Assembly (NCBI GenBank): GCA_951406725.2
Contig: OX597839.1
Location: forward strand, 36,332,001 to 36,396,000
DNA: 64,000 bases
Direction of reading: 5' to 3'
Source: Octopus vulgaris
Lineage: Eukaryota
Shown: piece after piece, positions 50,714 through 64,000 of the stretch
Layout of the letters: the number at the start of each line of letters is the position of its first letter
Numbering within the stretch: position 1 is the stretch's first letter
Notes under the pieces: generated by a model
Database searches by the model: none
Seen by the model: the letters and a program-made list of their open reading frames with translations, nothing else
What the model was told of the DNA's origin: nothing
Position numbers and translations under genes: made by a program

Positions 50714-51086
50714 ACACAAACAGGCAGGGACATCTGTGATAATGTATCTTCCATAACTCAAGAAAGCCAGGATAGTTAGGACAGGTGAGTGTTGACTGAG
50801 GGTTTAGTTGTCACTCTCTCTCTTTATCTCACATTCCACTTTACCTGTTTGAAAACATAATAATTCTTACCAATCTGACAGCCTCAACATGTGTGTGTGT
50901 GTGTGTGTGTGTATGACACACAGCTGTAGGTGTGGCTGTGGACATGTGGTTTGCTCCCTAGTTACCATGGCTCTGAATTTCGTTCAACTTTGTGTTTTAT
51001 AGCTTCAGGCTGATCAAACCTTTGCTAATTTGTTTGTTTGTACTCCACCTGCCTTCGTCTTTTGTTTTTTTCGTAAACTTTCTCTT

Positions 51087-51125
<39 letters not shown>

Positions 51126-51366
51126 AACAGCAGATGAACTAACACTAAGCTTTTTGCCCGGCATGCTAATGTTTCTGCCAGCTCACCACCTTCTATTGAG
51201 TCAGATTTTCTGTGGCCAGATGCCCTTTCTGTTGTCAGCCCTCACCTGCTTCCAAGTAATGTATTGGTTCCCCCTTAACCAGGCATGTTTTTCATGGAAG
51301 TTGGAAACAAACAACTTTATGTGACAGTGTGCTCCTTTACAACCATCATGTGATGCCAAGACAAAG

Positions 51367-51410
<44 letters not shown>

Positions 51411-51481
51411 CAGGTTTCTCTCAGTTTCTGTCTATCAAATCCACACGCAAGGCTTTGGTTGGCCTGAAGTATATTAGAAAT

Positions 51482-51712
51482 GGCGGCGAGCTGGCAGAAA
51501 CGTTAGCACGCCGGGCGAAATGCGTAGCTGTATTTCGTCTGTCGTTAGGTTCCGAGTTCAAATTCTGATGAGGTCGACTTTGCCTTTCATCCTTCCGGGG
51601 CCGATTAATTAAGTACCAGTTACGCACTGGGGTTGATGTAATCGACTTAATCCCTTTGTCTCTCCTTGTTTGTCCCCTCTGTGTTTAGCCCCTTGTGGGT
51701 AGTAAAGAAATA
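51482..51712 (+). mobile_element. tRNA-derived SINE family B; copies 1963-2179, 9265-9486, 23491-23630, tandem pair 33331-33716 (-), 35001-35220, 45386-45514, 63866-64000 (+)
   Basis: ggcggcgagctggcagaaacgttagc...gagttcaaattc...gcctttcatcctttcggggtcgataaattaagtacc...agtaaagaaat. Confidence 0.9.
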
Positions 51713-54700
51713 TATATTAGAAACTCGTGCAAGGTGTCCTGCAGTGGGACTGAACCTGAGACTACATAGTTGTGAAGTAAGCATCTTAATCACACAGCCA
51801 TGCTTCTACTTACTAATACTTGACTTTCTGCTAAGTTTACCTTGAGGTCTGTTAATTCTAAGTCTCGCTTCTATCTGTAGGATTACTTTTCTAAATTCGC
51901 TACTGATTCAGTTGTAAAAACTAGGTTATCAGCATTTGGGAATTCTTATGGTCTTAACCCTTTAGCATTCAGATTATTCTGTCAAATGTAAAGCTTGTTT
52001 ATTCTCACTGTTTCCAGTTAATCATGCATTATCTTGTGGCTTTGATATTTCAATACCACAACTGTTTATTTTAAGAACAACATCTTAAGGTAGGTGTGAG
52101 AGGCCTGGACAAGTGAGTTTGAACATAAATCAGAATATTTGGTTGGGTTCAAAATGACTGGTTTGAATATTACAGGGTTAAACTCCTGTTATTGTTTGGA
52201 TGGCTATAATAAATAAAAAAAGGGGCTGAAGATCTACCTGGGACCCCACTTCAACGTGTGTATCAATGGATTATATTAATTACACTTTTCATACCTACTC
52301 TATTTTTGCATATCAAGCATTATCATTGGTATCAAGGTCCTACCTCCTTGTTTAACCCTTTTGTTACTGTATTTATTTTGAGATGCTCTGTGTTTCTTTC
52401 AATTACTTTAAATATAACAAAGAATTTAGTAAAATAACTTAGTTATCATTCAGCTGGTGTTAGGAACATAAATTGTGACTAAGGTCTGGTGGAAGATTTT
52501 AATTCAAAACTTATGAAAACGACATTTGTACTACAGAGCCAGAGCTGGTTTTGGCCGGGTTGGTAACGAAAGGGTTAACATCCTATCTGAATGTTAAATT
52601 TGTTTCTGACCTCACTGCTAATTCTCACCTTGTTCACTGCAGCTCTGCACATGGCTTGTTTGATTCTTACAAGCCGTTCATCTTCCTCTGTGACCCACCA
52701 TGGAACTGTCAGAGGTCTTTTCTTGGTTGGTAAACAGGTGCAGGCATGGCCTTCTGGCAAGAAGTTTTGGGTCAGTCGTCCCACTGCATGGCACCGTGGA
52801 CAACTGCCTTGTACCATAACCTCAGGCCGACCAATACCTCGTGAACGGATTTCTTTGATGGAAATTGAAAGAAGTTGATGTCTCCTTGTCTTGACATCAT
52901 GTGGCAATTTTAAATGAGGGTCACTGACATGCAAGCAGTGTCCTTTGTTTCCAGTCTGTGAAAACCATGTATGGTGAGGGGGAAATATTAACCTTGCTCG
53001 GAAATACGAGGGTTGGTGACAGGAAGGGTATCCGGCTGTAGAAAATCTGCCTCAACAAAAACCATCTGACTGATGTAAGCATGGAAGAGTTAACATTAAA
53101 TTGACAATGATGACTAAATGCCCACAACAGAGGCTTACTCTTGGCCAAGTATTTGCAATTGCCTCACGGGAAACTGGTATCTATATTCCTTATTACTGGC
53201 ACAAAGCCAAAGCATGTATCATCTCTTTGTAATCTCATAATTTTCATAAACTCTTCCAACAGTTTGATACCTCTTTAGTTTCCTCTTTTGACACCTCTAC
53301 CGTAAATCCTTGAGTATAATCCGCACTTTTTTTCCCCAAATTTAAAGGTCAAAATCCCTAGTGTGTGTTATATACGAGGTTAAAAATGAAAATTAATTTC
53401 TGAGCAATGTCTGAGACTCTATTTCTAGGGGCAGACTTAGTCCATAAGCAAGTTTAACACTATGTTGGCTGTCTTTAGCAAAGTCCACTTTGTTGCAAGC
53501 GTTGGGGTGGAAGAAGGTTTCCGGTTTGAGGATACCTCACTCCTTCCCATCATTCTTAGAAGTCTTGTAAAGGGTCACATCTTCTGCCTTCAACCCTGAG
53601 AAGACGGCACCCATTACACTGCTCTCTTGCTGCACACACATTTATACAAACATATGCTGGCTGGGGGTTGGGGCTTCTTTTAGTTTCCGTTTTCTGAATC
53701 CACTCATAAGGCTACAGTAGAAGACCCTTGCCCCACTAAAGTGCTGCAGTGTGGGACAGAACTGAAAACCGTGGGTTTTAGGAAGTGAGCCGCATAACCA
53801 CACAACCAGGTCTGCACCTATGTTACGATTGCTAAGCTGTGAATAACAAGCACTTACCAGTGAAAGGATTCAATACTGGGTGTATTTAAATTTATTATTG
53901 AAAAAGGAGGAGACTGTGAACATCGTGTTTCGTCTGTCTCTCTTGATAATTATTGAAACAGCAAATTAGGATATAGAATCTAAGGTTATTTAGATTTCAT
54001 TGTAGTTGATAGTATTTTTATAGGTGTAGGTTAATGAGCTTCTTTCCCAACCATGTGGTTGCAGGTTCAGTCCCATTGTGTGGCACCTTGGAGGCAAGTG
54101 TCTTTTACTATTACCGTAGGCATTGTCAATGGATTTTATCATCATCAACCCCTGGACATGGCTGTCTAAAGTCTTAGGGACTCTTAGGATTGGTCACCTG
54201 GTTTTCATGGTGTGGTAAGTAACTGAGATCTCAACATTTCTTCCCTGAATGGGACGGGACGCCAGTCAGTTGCAAGGTCATTCTTTCGCAGCTGAGTGGA
54301 CGACGAGCGTTCCAGTTTATTTGATAAATCGAACAGGCTGCTCGTAAAATTAATGTGCAAGTGGCTGAGTACTCCACAGACATGTGTACTGTTAAATGTA
54401 ATTCTCTGGGAGATTCAGTATGACACAGAATACGACAAAGCTGGCTCTCATTTTAGCCAGCTGAGCAATGTGCAATAAAGAGTCTTGCTCAAGGACACAA
54501 CAGGCCGGTGGGAATTGAACTCGTGACCCTGCGGTTGTGATCCCAATACCCTAACCACTAAGCCATGCACCTTCACTAGTCTCCCTTTCACTTAGTGAAG
54601 AGGACTGGACATGAAGTGCTTTTCTCAAGATCACAATGAAGAGCCGGGTCTGGGAATTGAAACCGCAATCTTACAATCACGAGTGCAACAATGTAACCAT

Positions 54701-57014
54701 TAGGTGATGGTAGAAGGAAAATGTGTGGAAGCCCATTGTGTGAGCACATCTTTGTGTATGTATCCCCGATCACTCGATAACCAGTGTTGGGTTGTTTACA
54801 TCCCCGTAACTTGGCAGTTCACCAAAGGGATTGATACAATATGTACTAGACTTTAAAAAAAATATGAAGCGTTGGAACCTGTTTTTTTTTCTGTTTGTGA
54901 CTAAACCCTTGAAGATGGTGGCTCCAGAATGGCCTCGGTTCCAAAGACTGATATAAATAAAAGACTAATAAAATAAAGGAATAAATTATTTGGGTTTGGG
55001 AAAGAAAGATTATTTGCATTAACGAGCTGGGTTTGGTTAATTAGAGATTTTGACCAGTCTTTACATGATAGTAGTTGGTATTCATTTTTTTGGTTTTTTC
55101 TTTTGGAAATGAAAGGGATTTTAAAAGTAAACTTTGGGTGATAAAAGATTCTATAAATAGTTTCCAGTTGGGTCGTTAGTTTGGTTAAGATAAAAATGAG
55201 GTTGTGTTAGTTTCTGGGACATGGTGAGCTCTTGGTGCGGGGTGGGGGGTTTAAACCAGTCTTGGTTGGGAGGGTGTGTCGAACGGGTGCTTATATATAT
55301 ATATATGTGTACACTTGCATTGATGTACATGTGTGGGTTTAAACCTATGTATGTGTGTGTGTGTATGCTTGTACTTAAGTATGTATGTGTATGCTTTTAT
55401 CTGTACGTGTGCACGTGTACCTGTACCTATGTCTGTGTATTCTTTCACCTGTCTGTGTGGGTGTAAATGCCAAAAGCAATGAATGTGGCGTCTTAGATAA
55501 ACAAAAGGTAACTAAAAAATCTACACACCTACACACACACACACACACAGAGTAAGTCCAAGAATGGAGGTGTTGGTATCACATTTATTTTTCCTTGTAG
55601 TCATTGCTTGGATCTTTGAATCACCTTTAATTTGATTTGATATATATATGTAGGGGTGACTGTGTGGTAAGTAGCTTGTTTACCAACCACATGGTTCCGG
55701 GTTCAGTCCCACTGCATGGCACCTTGGGCAAGTATCTTCTACTATAGCCTCGGGCCGATCAATGCCTTGTGAGTGGATTTGGTAGGCGGAAACTGAAAGA
55801 AGCCCGTCGTATATATGTATATATATATATATGTGTGCGTGTATGTTTGTATGTCTGTGTTTGTACCCCCAACATCGCTTGACAACCGATGCTGGTGTGT
55901 TTATGTCCCCGTCACTTAGCGGTTCAGCAAAAGAGACCGATAGAATAAGTACTGGGCTTACAAAGAATAAGTCCCGGGGTCGAGTTACTCAATTAAAGGC
56001 GGTGCTCCAGCATGGCCGCAGTCAAAATGACTGAAACAAGTAAAAGAGAGTAAAGAGTAAGAGTATGCTAATACATGCATATTGAAAATATACATCATCA
56101 TCATCGTTTAACGTCCGCTTTCCATGCTGGCATGGGTTGGATGGTTCGACCGGGGATCTGGGAAGCGAGGAGGCTGCACCAGGCTCCAGTCTGATCTGGC
56201 AGTGTTTCTACGGCTGGATGCCCTTCCTAACGCCAATCACTCCGTGAGTGTAGTGGTTGCTTTTTACGTGCCACCGGCACAGGTGCCAGGCGAGGCTGGC
56301 ATGTGTATATTTTCCTCCTGTGTATATTTTCCACTCGTGCAAGGTTGTTGCCCAGGGGGACTGAACCTGAAAGCATGTGGTTGCAGTGTGAGCTTCTTAA
56401 CCACACAGCCATGCCTGTACTTGTAAAACACTTTGGATGATAAATTGTGGTCATAATTGGATTTAGAGAGAGAGAGAGAGAGAGAGAGAGGAAGAGGGGA
56501 TGAAGTTGCATTGTGTATTAAAGAGAGACAGATTAGCCTAAAGTAGTGGTTCTCAGCTGGGGCCCAAATGACGCTCAGGGGTCCATATAAGATTTTATTG
56601 TTAAAATTTATCTGAATGCTTAAGTTTGTGTCTCTAGATAGTTATTGAGCACATTCTGACAGCAAACATCGCCTGGGAAGGGTGGTGGTGGTGGTGGTGG
56701 TGAGGAGATTTCCAAGACAAACATCTTGATGTCGAGATTGGTGAATGTGCAACGCATTTGAAATGACGCTGCACATAATAAAGAGTGCAGCAAAACAAAT
56801 GGTTGATATTTACTGTTCACCTGAAAGAGTATGCGCATGCAGATAGGTACTTACATATATATACATACAAGTATGTATGTAAATATATGCATATGTGTGT
56901 ATGTTGTGAGTGGGTATACATACACACATATATATATATATAATGTATATATACAGGCATATATTTATGCACGTGTAGGTATGTTGTGTGTGTGTGTGTA
57001 CACATACATATATA

Positions 57015-57054
<40 letters not shown>

Positions 57055-57142
57055 TATGTGGGTATGTTGAGTATGTATGTGTATACACACACACACATAT
57101 GTATATATACACACACACACACACACATATACATATATATAT

Positions 57143-57228
<86 letters not shown>

Positions 57229-58507
57229 GTACACACACATGTATGTGGAATCTTGTTTTTCTCTGAGAACTGATCTATCTATATATCCTGTGTCAGCTTT
57301 ACATATGGTGTTGTGTAATGTAATACACCGTTTGGGCTACATCCACCCCGCCTTCACCACCCACCACCACCACCCACCACACTTACCTACCTTACCTCTC
57401 TACATATTGTTATATCATACTTATTTTTCTCCCTCCTTCTCTCTCTCTCTCTCTCTACAAGTACACGTTACACTCACTAATCTCTCTCTCTCTCTCCCTG
57501 CTTATATTTTTTCTTGTGTAATCTGTATAGACTGATATGTGTTTGTGAGTGCTTGTTTGCTCTCTCTGTGTGTGTATATGTATATATATATATATGTATA
57601 TAACTGTATTGTAGGTTTTTTTTGTGTCTATAAGCATGTGCTGTAAATGTTTGTGTGTGCTATTTTGTGTGTAGTTTTGTGTGATATTCGTGTGTGTGTG
57701 ACCAGCCAACACGTTTATCAGAGATGTGAGCTTTATGATGTGGTGTATAGTAGTGGAGGGATTAAAATAGGAAAAAGGCTGGGTACATGTACACTAAAGA
57801 CGTACATTGTCAGTGTGTGGTGTGTGTGTGTGTTTTATTGCAGAGGAGAAAGCGGGTAGGACTATGATATGTGTGGGTGTGTTGTTGTTTTTGTTGTTGT
57901 TGCCCTGAGGCAGGGATAGGGACTGTGTGAGTGCGTGTATGCATGCTTGTGTGCGTGTGGGTGTGTGTTGTTGCGAGGGAGGGAGATGTTTTGTGGTGTG
58001 TGGGTGGATTTTCTGTAAAGGTATTGTGTGTATACTGGGTGTCTATACTGGGTGTCCTGTTGCTCAGTATTAAAGAAGTGGGAGAGAGAGAGAGGGGCTG
58101 TGTGAAGTGGGCCCCCTAATCTTCACAGTAGTACATGCCAAAACTTGAACATTCAAAACCATCACTGGAGAGGAAGACACGTGTGCAAGTGTGTCTGTGT
58201 GTGTATGTATACGTGTAGGTATATGTGTTTATGTATGTGTGTGTGTATATATATATATATGTATATGTATACACTCACTTGCTGGAAGCTGATGATTCAC
58301 CCTACTTCTGCTTGGTGTTCTTACCACATGCGACCCTCCGGATGATTCATTCTTTTTTGTCGACTCAAGGATCAGATGATGTTGCACTAAAACTCTGAAT
58401 GGTGACAGTAAATTGCCAAACTCCACTAAATAACTTTTACACCAAGTATTGAGTGCGTTTTTTTAAAACTGTTATTGAATGATGGAAGTTAGTGTTATAC
58501 GTATGTA

Positions 58508-59063
58508 CAAGGGTGAGTCAAAAAGTGATGCCATTTTGTATAGGACAGGTATAATTACCAACACAGGAACATATATCATACATCAAAATGAAGCTGGTCC
58601 TCTGTGGATCACACCCCTACTTCTCAACGTAGTCCCCATTTCTCTCAATAGCAATGTTCCACCTTTGAATGAGAGCATGTATCCCAGCCCCGTAAAATTC
58701 TGCTGACTTGTTCTTTGAGCCACTTCTTCACTACCTCCACACTCACCAGATTTAGCGCCTTCAAGCTATCATCTCTTTGGTGCCACAAAAGAGGGTTTGA
58801 GAGGCACACATTATTCCAGTAACGAAGACGTGAAAACTGTAGTGAAGAAATGGCTCAAAGAACAGTCAACAGAATTTTATGGGGCAGGGATACATGCTCT
58901 CATTTGAAGGTGAAACATTGCTATTGAGAGAAACGGTGACTATGTTGAGAAGTAGGGATGTGATCCACAGAGGAACAGCTTCATTTTGATGTATGATACA
59001 TGTTCCTGTGTTGGTAATCATACCTGTCCTAAACAAAATGGCATTACTTTTTGACTCACTCTG
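58508..59063. mobile_element. Palindromic mariner-derived MITE built from two transposase 3' ends
   Basis: TA-CAAGGGTGAGTCAAAAAGT TIR. Decayed peptide HSPDLAPSSYHLFG...KEGLRG...WLKEQSTEFY...NGDYVEK on +. Left arm 58508-58734 is the reverse complement of 58839-59062. Confidence 0.88.
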
Positions 59064-59809
59064 GCAACTTGGGCAATTGTCTTTCTTTTGCTATAACCCC
59101 AGGCTGACCAGCACATTGAGTGAATTTGGTTGATGGAAACTGCTTGGAAGCCCATTGTGTGTGTGCATCTTTGTGCCTGTTGTTTGTCCCCACCACTATT
59201 GCTTGACGAGTAGTGTTAGTTTGTTTATGTCTCTGTAACTTAGCAGTTCAGCAAAAGAAACTGATATAATAGGATTGAGTACCAGACCTGAGAAGATAAG
59301 CACTAACATTGATCTTTCTCACTAAAAGCTGTTTTAAAGTTGGTGCCCCAGCATGACTGCAGTCCAATGACTGAAACCAGCACAAGAGAAAAGATAAAAA
59401 ATATTTAGAGGGTGGAGTGAATAATTAGACCTACATAACGGAGATGTAGAGAGATATGAAGAAATAGGATGAAGAATTACAAATAAAAGCGGTTGGAATA
59501 ATAGATTTGTGTTCAATATTTGGTAAGAGGGAGGAAGAATAAGGAGAACATCAAAAGATGGAATCAGGGTTGGTTCAATAATTGGATATTTTCCTGGTTT
59601 TTATTGCTTAGAATTCCGTACGAAGAGAGGAAGAGCTGGTGGAATCATTAGTATGTCAGACAAAATGCTTAGTGGCAGTTCTTGTAGCTTTAATTTTTTA
59701 GTTCAAATATTGCTGAGGTCAATAAAATGAGTATTGGTTGAGTATTTGGGTAAATATAATCAACTTCCAAATTGCTGCCTTTAGGACTACTGTCTTGTGC
59801 CAAAATCAT

Positions 59810-60565
59810 TCATCATCATCATCATCTTCGTTTAGCGTCCGCTTTCCATGCTAGCATGGGTTGGACGGTTTGACCGGGGTCTGGGAAGCCAGAAGGCTGC
59901 ACCAGGCTCATGTCTGATCTGGCAGTGTTTCTATGGCTGGATGCCCTTCCTAACGCCAACCACTCCGTGAGTGTAGTGGGTGCTTTTTACGTGCCAGATG
60001 AGGCTGGCAACGGCCACAATCGGATGGTGCTTTTTACGTGCCACCGGCAGGAGACCAGTCGGGGCGGTGCTGGCAACGGCCATGTTCGGATGGTTATCTT
60101 ACGTACAACTGGCACTGGTATCACAGCTGCAATTTCCATTGATGTTGATCGATTTCGATTTTCACTTGCCTCAACAGGTCTTCACAAGTAGAGTTTTGTG
60201 TCCCAAGAAGGAAAGGTATGCATAAGTGGACTGGCTACATCCCATGTAGAGGCCACGGGTTATGGTCTCACTTGTCCTGCCGGGTCTTCTCATGCACAGT
60301 ATACTTCCAAGGGTCTCGGTCTCTAGTCATCTCCTCAGTGAGACCTAAAGTTCGAAGGTCGTGCTTCACCACCTCGTCCCAGGTTTTCCTGGGTCTGCCT
60401 CTTCCACGGGTTCCCTCAACCGCCAGGGTGTGGCACTTTTTCACACAACTATCTTCATCCATTCTCGCCACATGACCATACCAGCGCAAACGTCTCTCTT
60501 GCACACCACAACTGATGCTTCTTAGGTCCAGCTTTTCTCTCAAGGTACTTACACTCTGTCGAGTA
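59810..60565 (-). mobile_element. 5'-truncated RTE-clade LINE (ORF C-terminus, 3' UTR, (GAT)n tail)
   Basis: ORF 60268..60543 RRLRWYGHVARMD...EGTRGRGRPRKTWDEVV is a typical RTE C-terminus. Its 3' UTR matches the dispersed tail copies. Confidence 0.9.
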
Positions 60566-60733
60566 TGAACTATTAAGATGGTGAGCTGCCAGCATCACAC
60601 TGAGTAAAATCGTGGTGGTACTTTGCCTGTTGTTACATTCCGAGTTCAAATTTTGCCGAGGTCGACTTTGCATTTCGTCCTTTTGGGGTCGATAAATTAA
60701 GTACCAGTGAAACACTGGGGTTGATGTGATTGT

Positions 60734-61990
60734 TCAGTGCATCAACAGCGAAAGAAGATACGTGGCAGGATATTTAGTAAACAAGCAAACAAGACCTGCT
60801 ACAGTATGCTGCTAATGGAGAAGGATTTACCAAAAATGGACTTGAGAGTGATCAGGAATTCTGATCACGAATAGCCAACGAGAGAGAAGGAACTTTATTC
60901 TGCATGGAATTACATGATCAGGTCCACCATGAAACTAACAACTTAAAAGACCAGGAAGCATCATGAAGGTGGCTCAGCAAGGGTGACGTAAAAAAAGAAT
61001 CCAGAAAGCCTAATCGTTGCTGCCTAGGACCAGGCATTACATACCAACTCAGTGAAAAGGGATATATATATACCACACAAGTGCAGCGAACCTCTGCAGA
61101 ATGTGTGGGAAGAGGGTCGAAAGTGTGACTCACATTGTTAGTGTTTGTGAAAGTCTTGTGCAGAAAGAGTACAAGTGCAGACACGACAAGATAGCCCAAA
61201 ACTTGGCTACTGTGCTGGAAGTATTGATATGAGGTAACAGGTGCTTGGTACCAACACACACCGGAAAAGGTTATGGACGAAAAGGGGAAGGCAAAAATCC
61301 TCTGGGACTTTGACTTCCAGACAGACAAGGTGTTAGAGCACCGAAGGCCATTAACCTTTAGGAGGGACAAACAAGAGCGCCTAATAATTGATGTGGCAGT
61401 GCCAGGAGATCAACTTATCATCGTGAAAGAAAGAGAAAAGATTGAGAAATATGGAGACCTGAGAATTGAGATCGCCAAGATGTGGCAGCTACGAAAGTCA
61501 GACATAAAGGTTATCCCTGTTGTCATTGGAGCATTGGGTTCAATACCACACAAGTTGAAGAGACATTTGGAAACTTTCAAAATACCCTACAACAGGGGTG
61601 GGCGAACTTTTTTGATCGCGGGCCACACAGTGCGTCTTTGGAACCTTGGCGGGCCTCATTTATAAAAATCAAGTGAAAATATTTTTAAAGGCGGTTATAG
61701 ACCTATAAACACACGATTGAAAGGAAATTTTGTGAAATATTCCTCTTGGCGGGCCGCATGAAAACCTATGGCGGGCCGCATGCGGCCTGCGGGCCGTAGT
61801 TTGCCCACCCATGCCCTACAATGTAGGCGTATTGCAAAAATTGGCATTATTTGGAACTGCACACACATTGCGTAAAGTAGTCTGTCTGTCTGAGGTCGTT
61901 GTTGTGACTTGATAGACAGAACAAACTCCCCCGCTAGACGATATCTTCAGTCAATAACATCACATATTTGATACTGTGTGATGTCTTAAA
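60734..61990 (+). mobile_element. Decayed 3' part of a restriction-like-endonuclease (R4/Dong-type) non-LTR retrotransposon
   Basis: CCHC remnant (CRMCG..ESVTHIVSVC..EYKCRHDKIA) and RLE motifs KILWDFDFQTD, IIDVAVP, EKIEKY, VIPVVIGALG. Frameshifted and split by a hAT MITE. Confidence 0.85.
61593..61813. mobile_element. hAT MITE inserted into the RLE-type LINE
   Basis: Exact 8-bp TSD CCCTACAA (61585-61592, 61814-61821). TIR CAGGGGTGGGCGAAC / GTTTGCCCACCCATG. Confidence 0.92.
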
Positions 61991-64000
61991 TAATAACGAA
62001 ATTTGGTACAGGGCCAGGAATTTCAGGGAAGGGGACGAGTCAAGTACCTCAACTCTTGTGCTCGACTGGTACTTATTTTATCAATACCGAAAGGATGAAC
62101 GGCAGAGTTGACCTCGGTGGAATTTGAACTTGGAATGCAGACAAGAAATAATGCTTCTAAGCATTTTGTCTGAAGCAGTAACAATTCTGCCAGCTCATTG
62201 CCTAAGTAGAGAGAAAAAAAAAAATAATAATAATAATTTGGGTATTAATCATATAATATTGCGAACAGAGTTGCTGAACAAAAAAAAAAAAAAAAGAAAT
62301 TAAATAAAAAAGATAAATAAAAAGAATGGGGTTCTTTTTTATGAGACAACTTGAACTAAATTTTGGTTGTTTATAAAAGACGAAAACAAAAGAACCAGTT
62401 TGAAATGTAGGTAACAGAAGAATTCTTGATGTAAAAGATTGTTGCGTTACAAGAAAACAGAAAGTAGTTATGTCAGTGTGTGTCAGACAGCACAGAAATG
62501 GTGTTGTAGGAATAAGAAGCCTTTATTTAAAGGGATTGTTTCTATACAACAGTTGTATGAGAAACAATTACACCATGGAAGGCGCATGTTAGCCATTTCA
62601 AAAACACACAAAGACTCTTAACCACTTAGACTTTTTACTGCGGAAGGTGAATATATCCACTTAAAATTTCTTTACCCTTAACTGCGGAAAGCAGTTTTAT
62701 ATACACCAACCTATCTTTTCTTGAAGAATGTCAGGCTTGAAACTAATTTTTTGTTGAGATGTGTCGAGTTTATTGAGGTAACGGGATTTGCAGAAAAATA
62801 TCAATTCTATTTTTTGGTAGATATTTAACACCATTACTGCAATAACAAGTCAGGTGAGGTACTGGCAGATGGACTGTTGCATCCTCCAATTGATCAATGT
62901 CCAATATTTTAAATCCAGGTTTGTCCCTGTTAACGAGGGCGACCGGATCTACCTCACTCTTACAGTAACCACTCTCACACCATCTCGCCAAGTTTTGGGC
63001 ATCTTCCCCTCTTCAAGCCGACCCTCCCAATTTCCGCCTCCGCCTGTCCCTTCCACATTTTCTTTGCTCAACCTCGCTTTTGCGGTTCATTCACTTTAAA
63101 CTCGTCCCCCATTTGTTGGTATTTGCTTGGGTCATCCTTGGCTGCTTGGAATAAACATCATCATCATCATTTAGCGTCCGCTTTCCATGCTAGCATGGGT
63201 CGGACGGTTCAACTGGGGTCTGGGAAGCCAGGAGGCTGCACCAGGCTCCAGTCTGATCTGGCAGTGTTTCTACAGCTGGATGCCCTTCTTAACGCCAACC
63301 ACTCCGTGAGTGTGGTGGGTACTTTTTACGTGCCAACAACACAGGTGCCAGACAGAGCTGGCAAACGGCCACAGATGGATGGTGCTGTTTACGTGCCACC
63401 GGCATGGGGGCCAGGCGAGGCTGGCAACGGCCACGAACAGATGGTGCTACGTGCCACCGGCATGGGGGCCAGGCGAGACTGGCAACAGCCACAAACGGAC
63501 GGTGCCTCCATGCGCCACCGGCACGGAGGCCAGTCGGGGCGCTGGGCTGGCAACGGCCACGATCGGATGGTTCGCCTACTTGTCACCGGCACTGGTATCA
63601 CAGCTGCAATTTCCATTGATGCTGATCGACCTCGATCCAGGGTCAAATACATATTGGCTTCAAACACACCAGCATCGGTTGTCAAGCAATGATGGGGGAA
63701 ACAAACACACACACACACACACACAGATATATTCATGACAAGCTTCTTTCAGTTCCCATTTACCAAATCTAGTCACAAGGCTTTTGTTGGCCCTGGGCTG
63801 TTGTAGAAAACACTCAAAGTGCCATGCTGTAGGACTGAGTCCGAAGCTGTATGGTTTGGAAGCAAGGCGGCGAGCTGGCAGAAACGTTAGCATGCCGGGC
63901 GAAATGCATAGCCGTATTTCGTCTGTCGTTACGTTCCGAGTTCAAATTCCGCCGAGGTTGACTTTGCCTTTCATCCTTTCGGGGTCGATTAAATAAGTAC

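Noticed and set aside
56620-56838. Minus-strand ORF with an acceptor-like ctctttcag
   Set aside because: No recognisable homology and no partner exons.
63123-63738. Overlapping ORFs of 142-189 aa
   Set aside because: GC-rich internally repeated RTE 3' UTR sequence, open by composition.
43137-64000. CTDNEP1 exon 2 and the DLDET catalytic exon
   Set aside because: No match to QYQTVRYDILPLSP or LVLDLDETL found by eye. They are probably beyond the window, though a diverged short exon could have been missed.

Overview
AT-rich, SINE- and microsatellite-dense animal genomic DNA. The repeat repertoire suggests an octopus/coleoid cephalopod (inference from recognition, no search run). Three protein-coding loci are supported. 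(1) The 3' end of a spen/SHARP (Msx2-interacting protein) gene on + (five coding exons 819-10525, ending in the SPOC domain), with a candidate 30-nt frame-preserving microexon at the SPOC N-terminal boundary and a SINE-free putative 3' UTR of about 4.5 kb. (2) An intronless, linker-expanded TFIIA large-subunit (alpha/beta) gene on - (25392-27251), probably a retrogene paralog. It is flanked by GG-ended MITEs with 8-bp TSDs, and a 95-bp piece of it is fused to a truncated CORE-SINE 2 kb away. (3) The first coding exon of CTDNEP1/Dullard on + (43038-43136, too short for the ORF track), with a uORF whose stop overlaps the start codon. The rest is tRNA-derived SINEs, LINE fragments (RTE, CR1, RLE-type), mariner relics, hAT/piggyBac/Merlin-like MITEs and microsatellites. 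The most unusual non-coding signals are minimal type-I hammerhead-ribozyme-like motifs: an A-B-A-B tandem array in the last spen intron and a single copy with an intact core at 30373-30418. Repeat boundaries were read by eye and are approximate unless a TSD is quoted.
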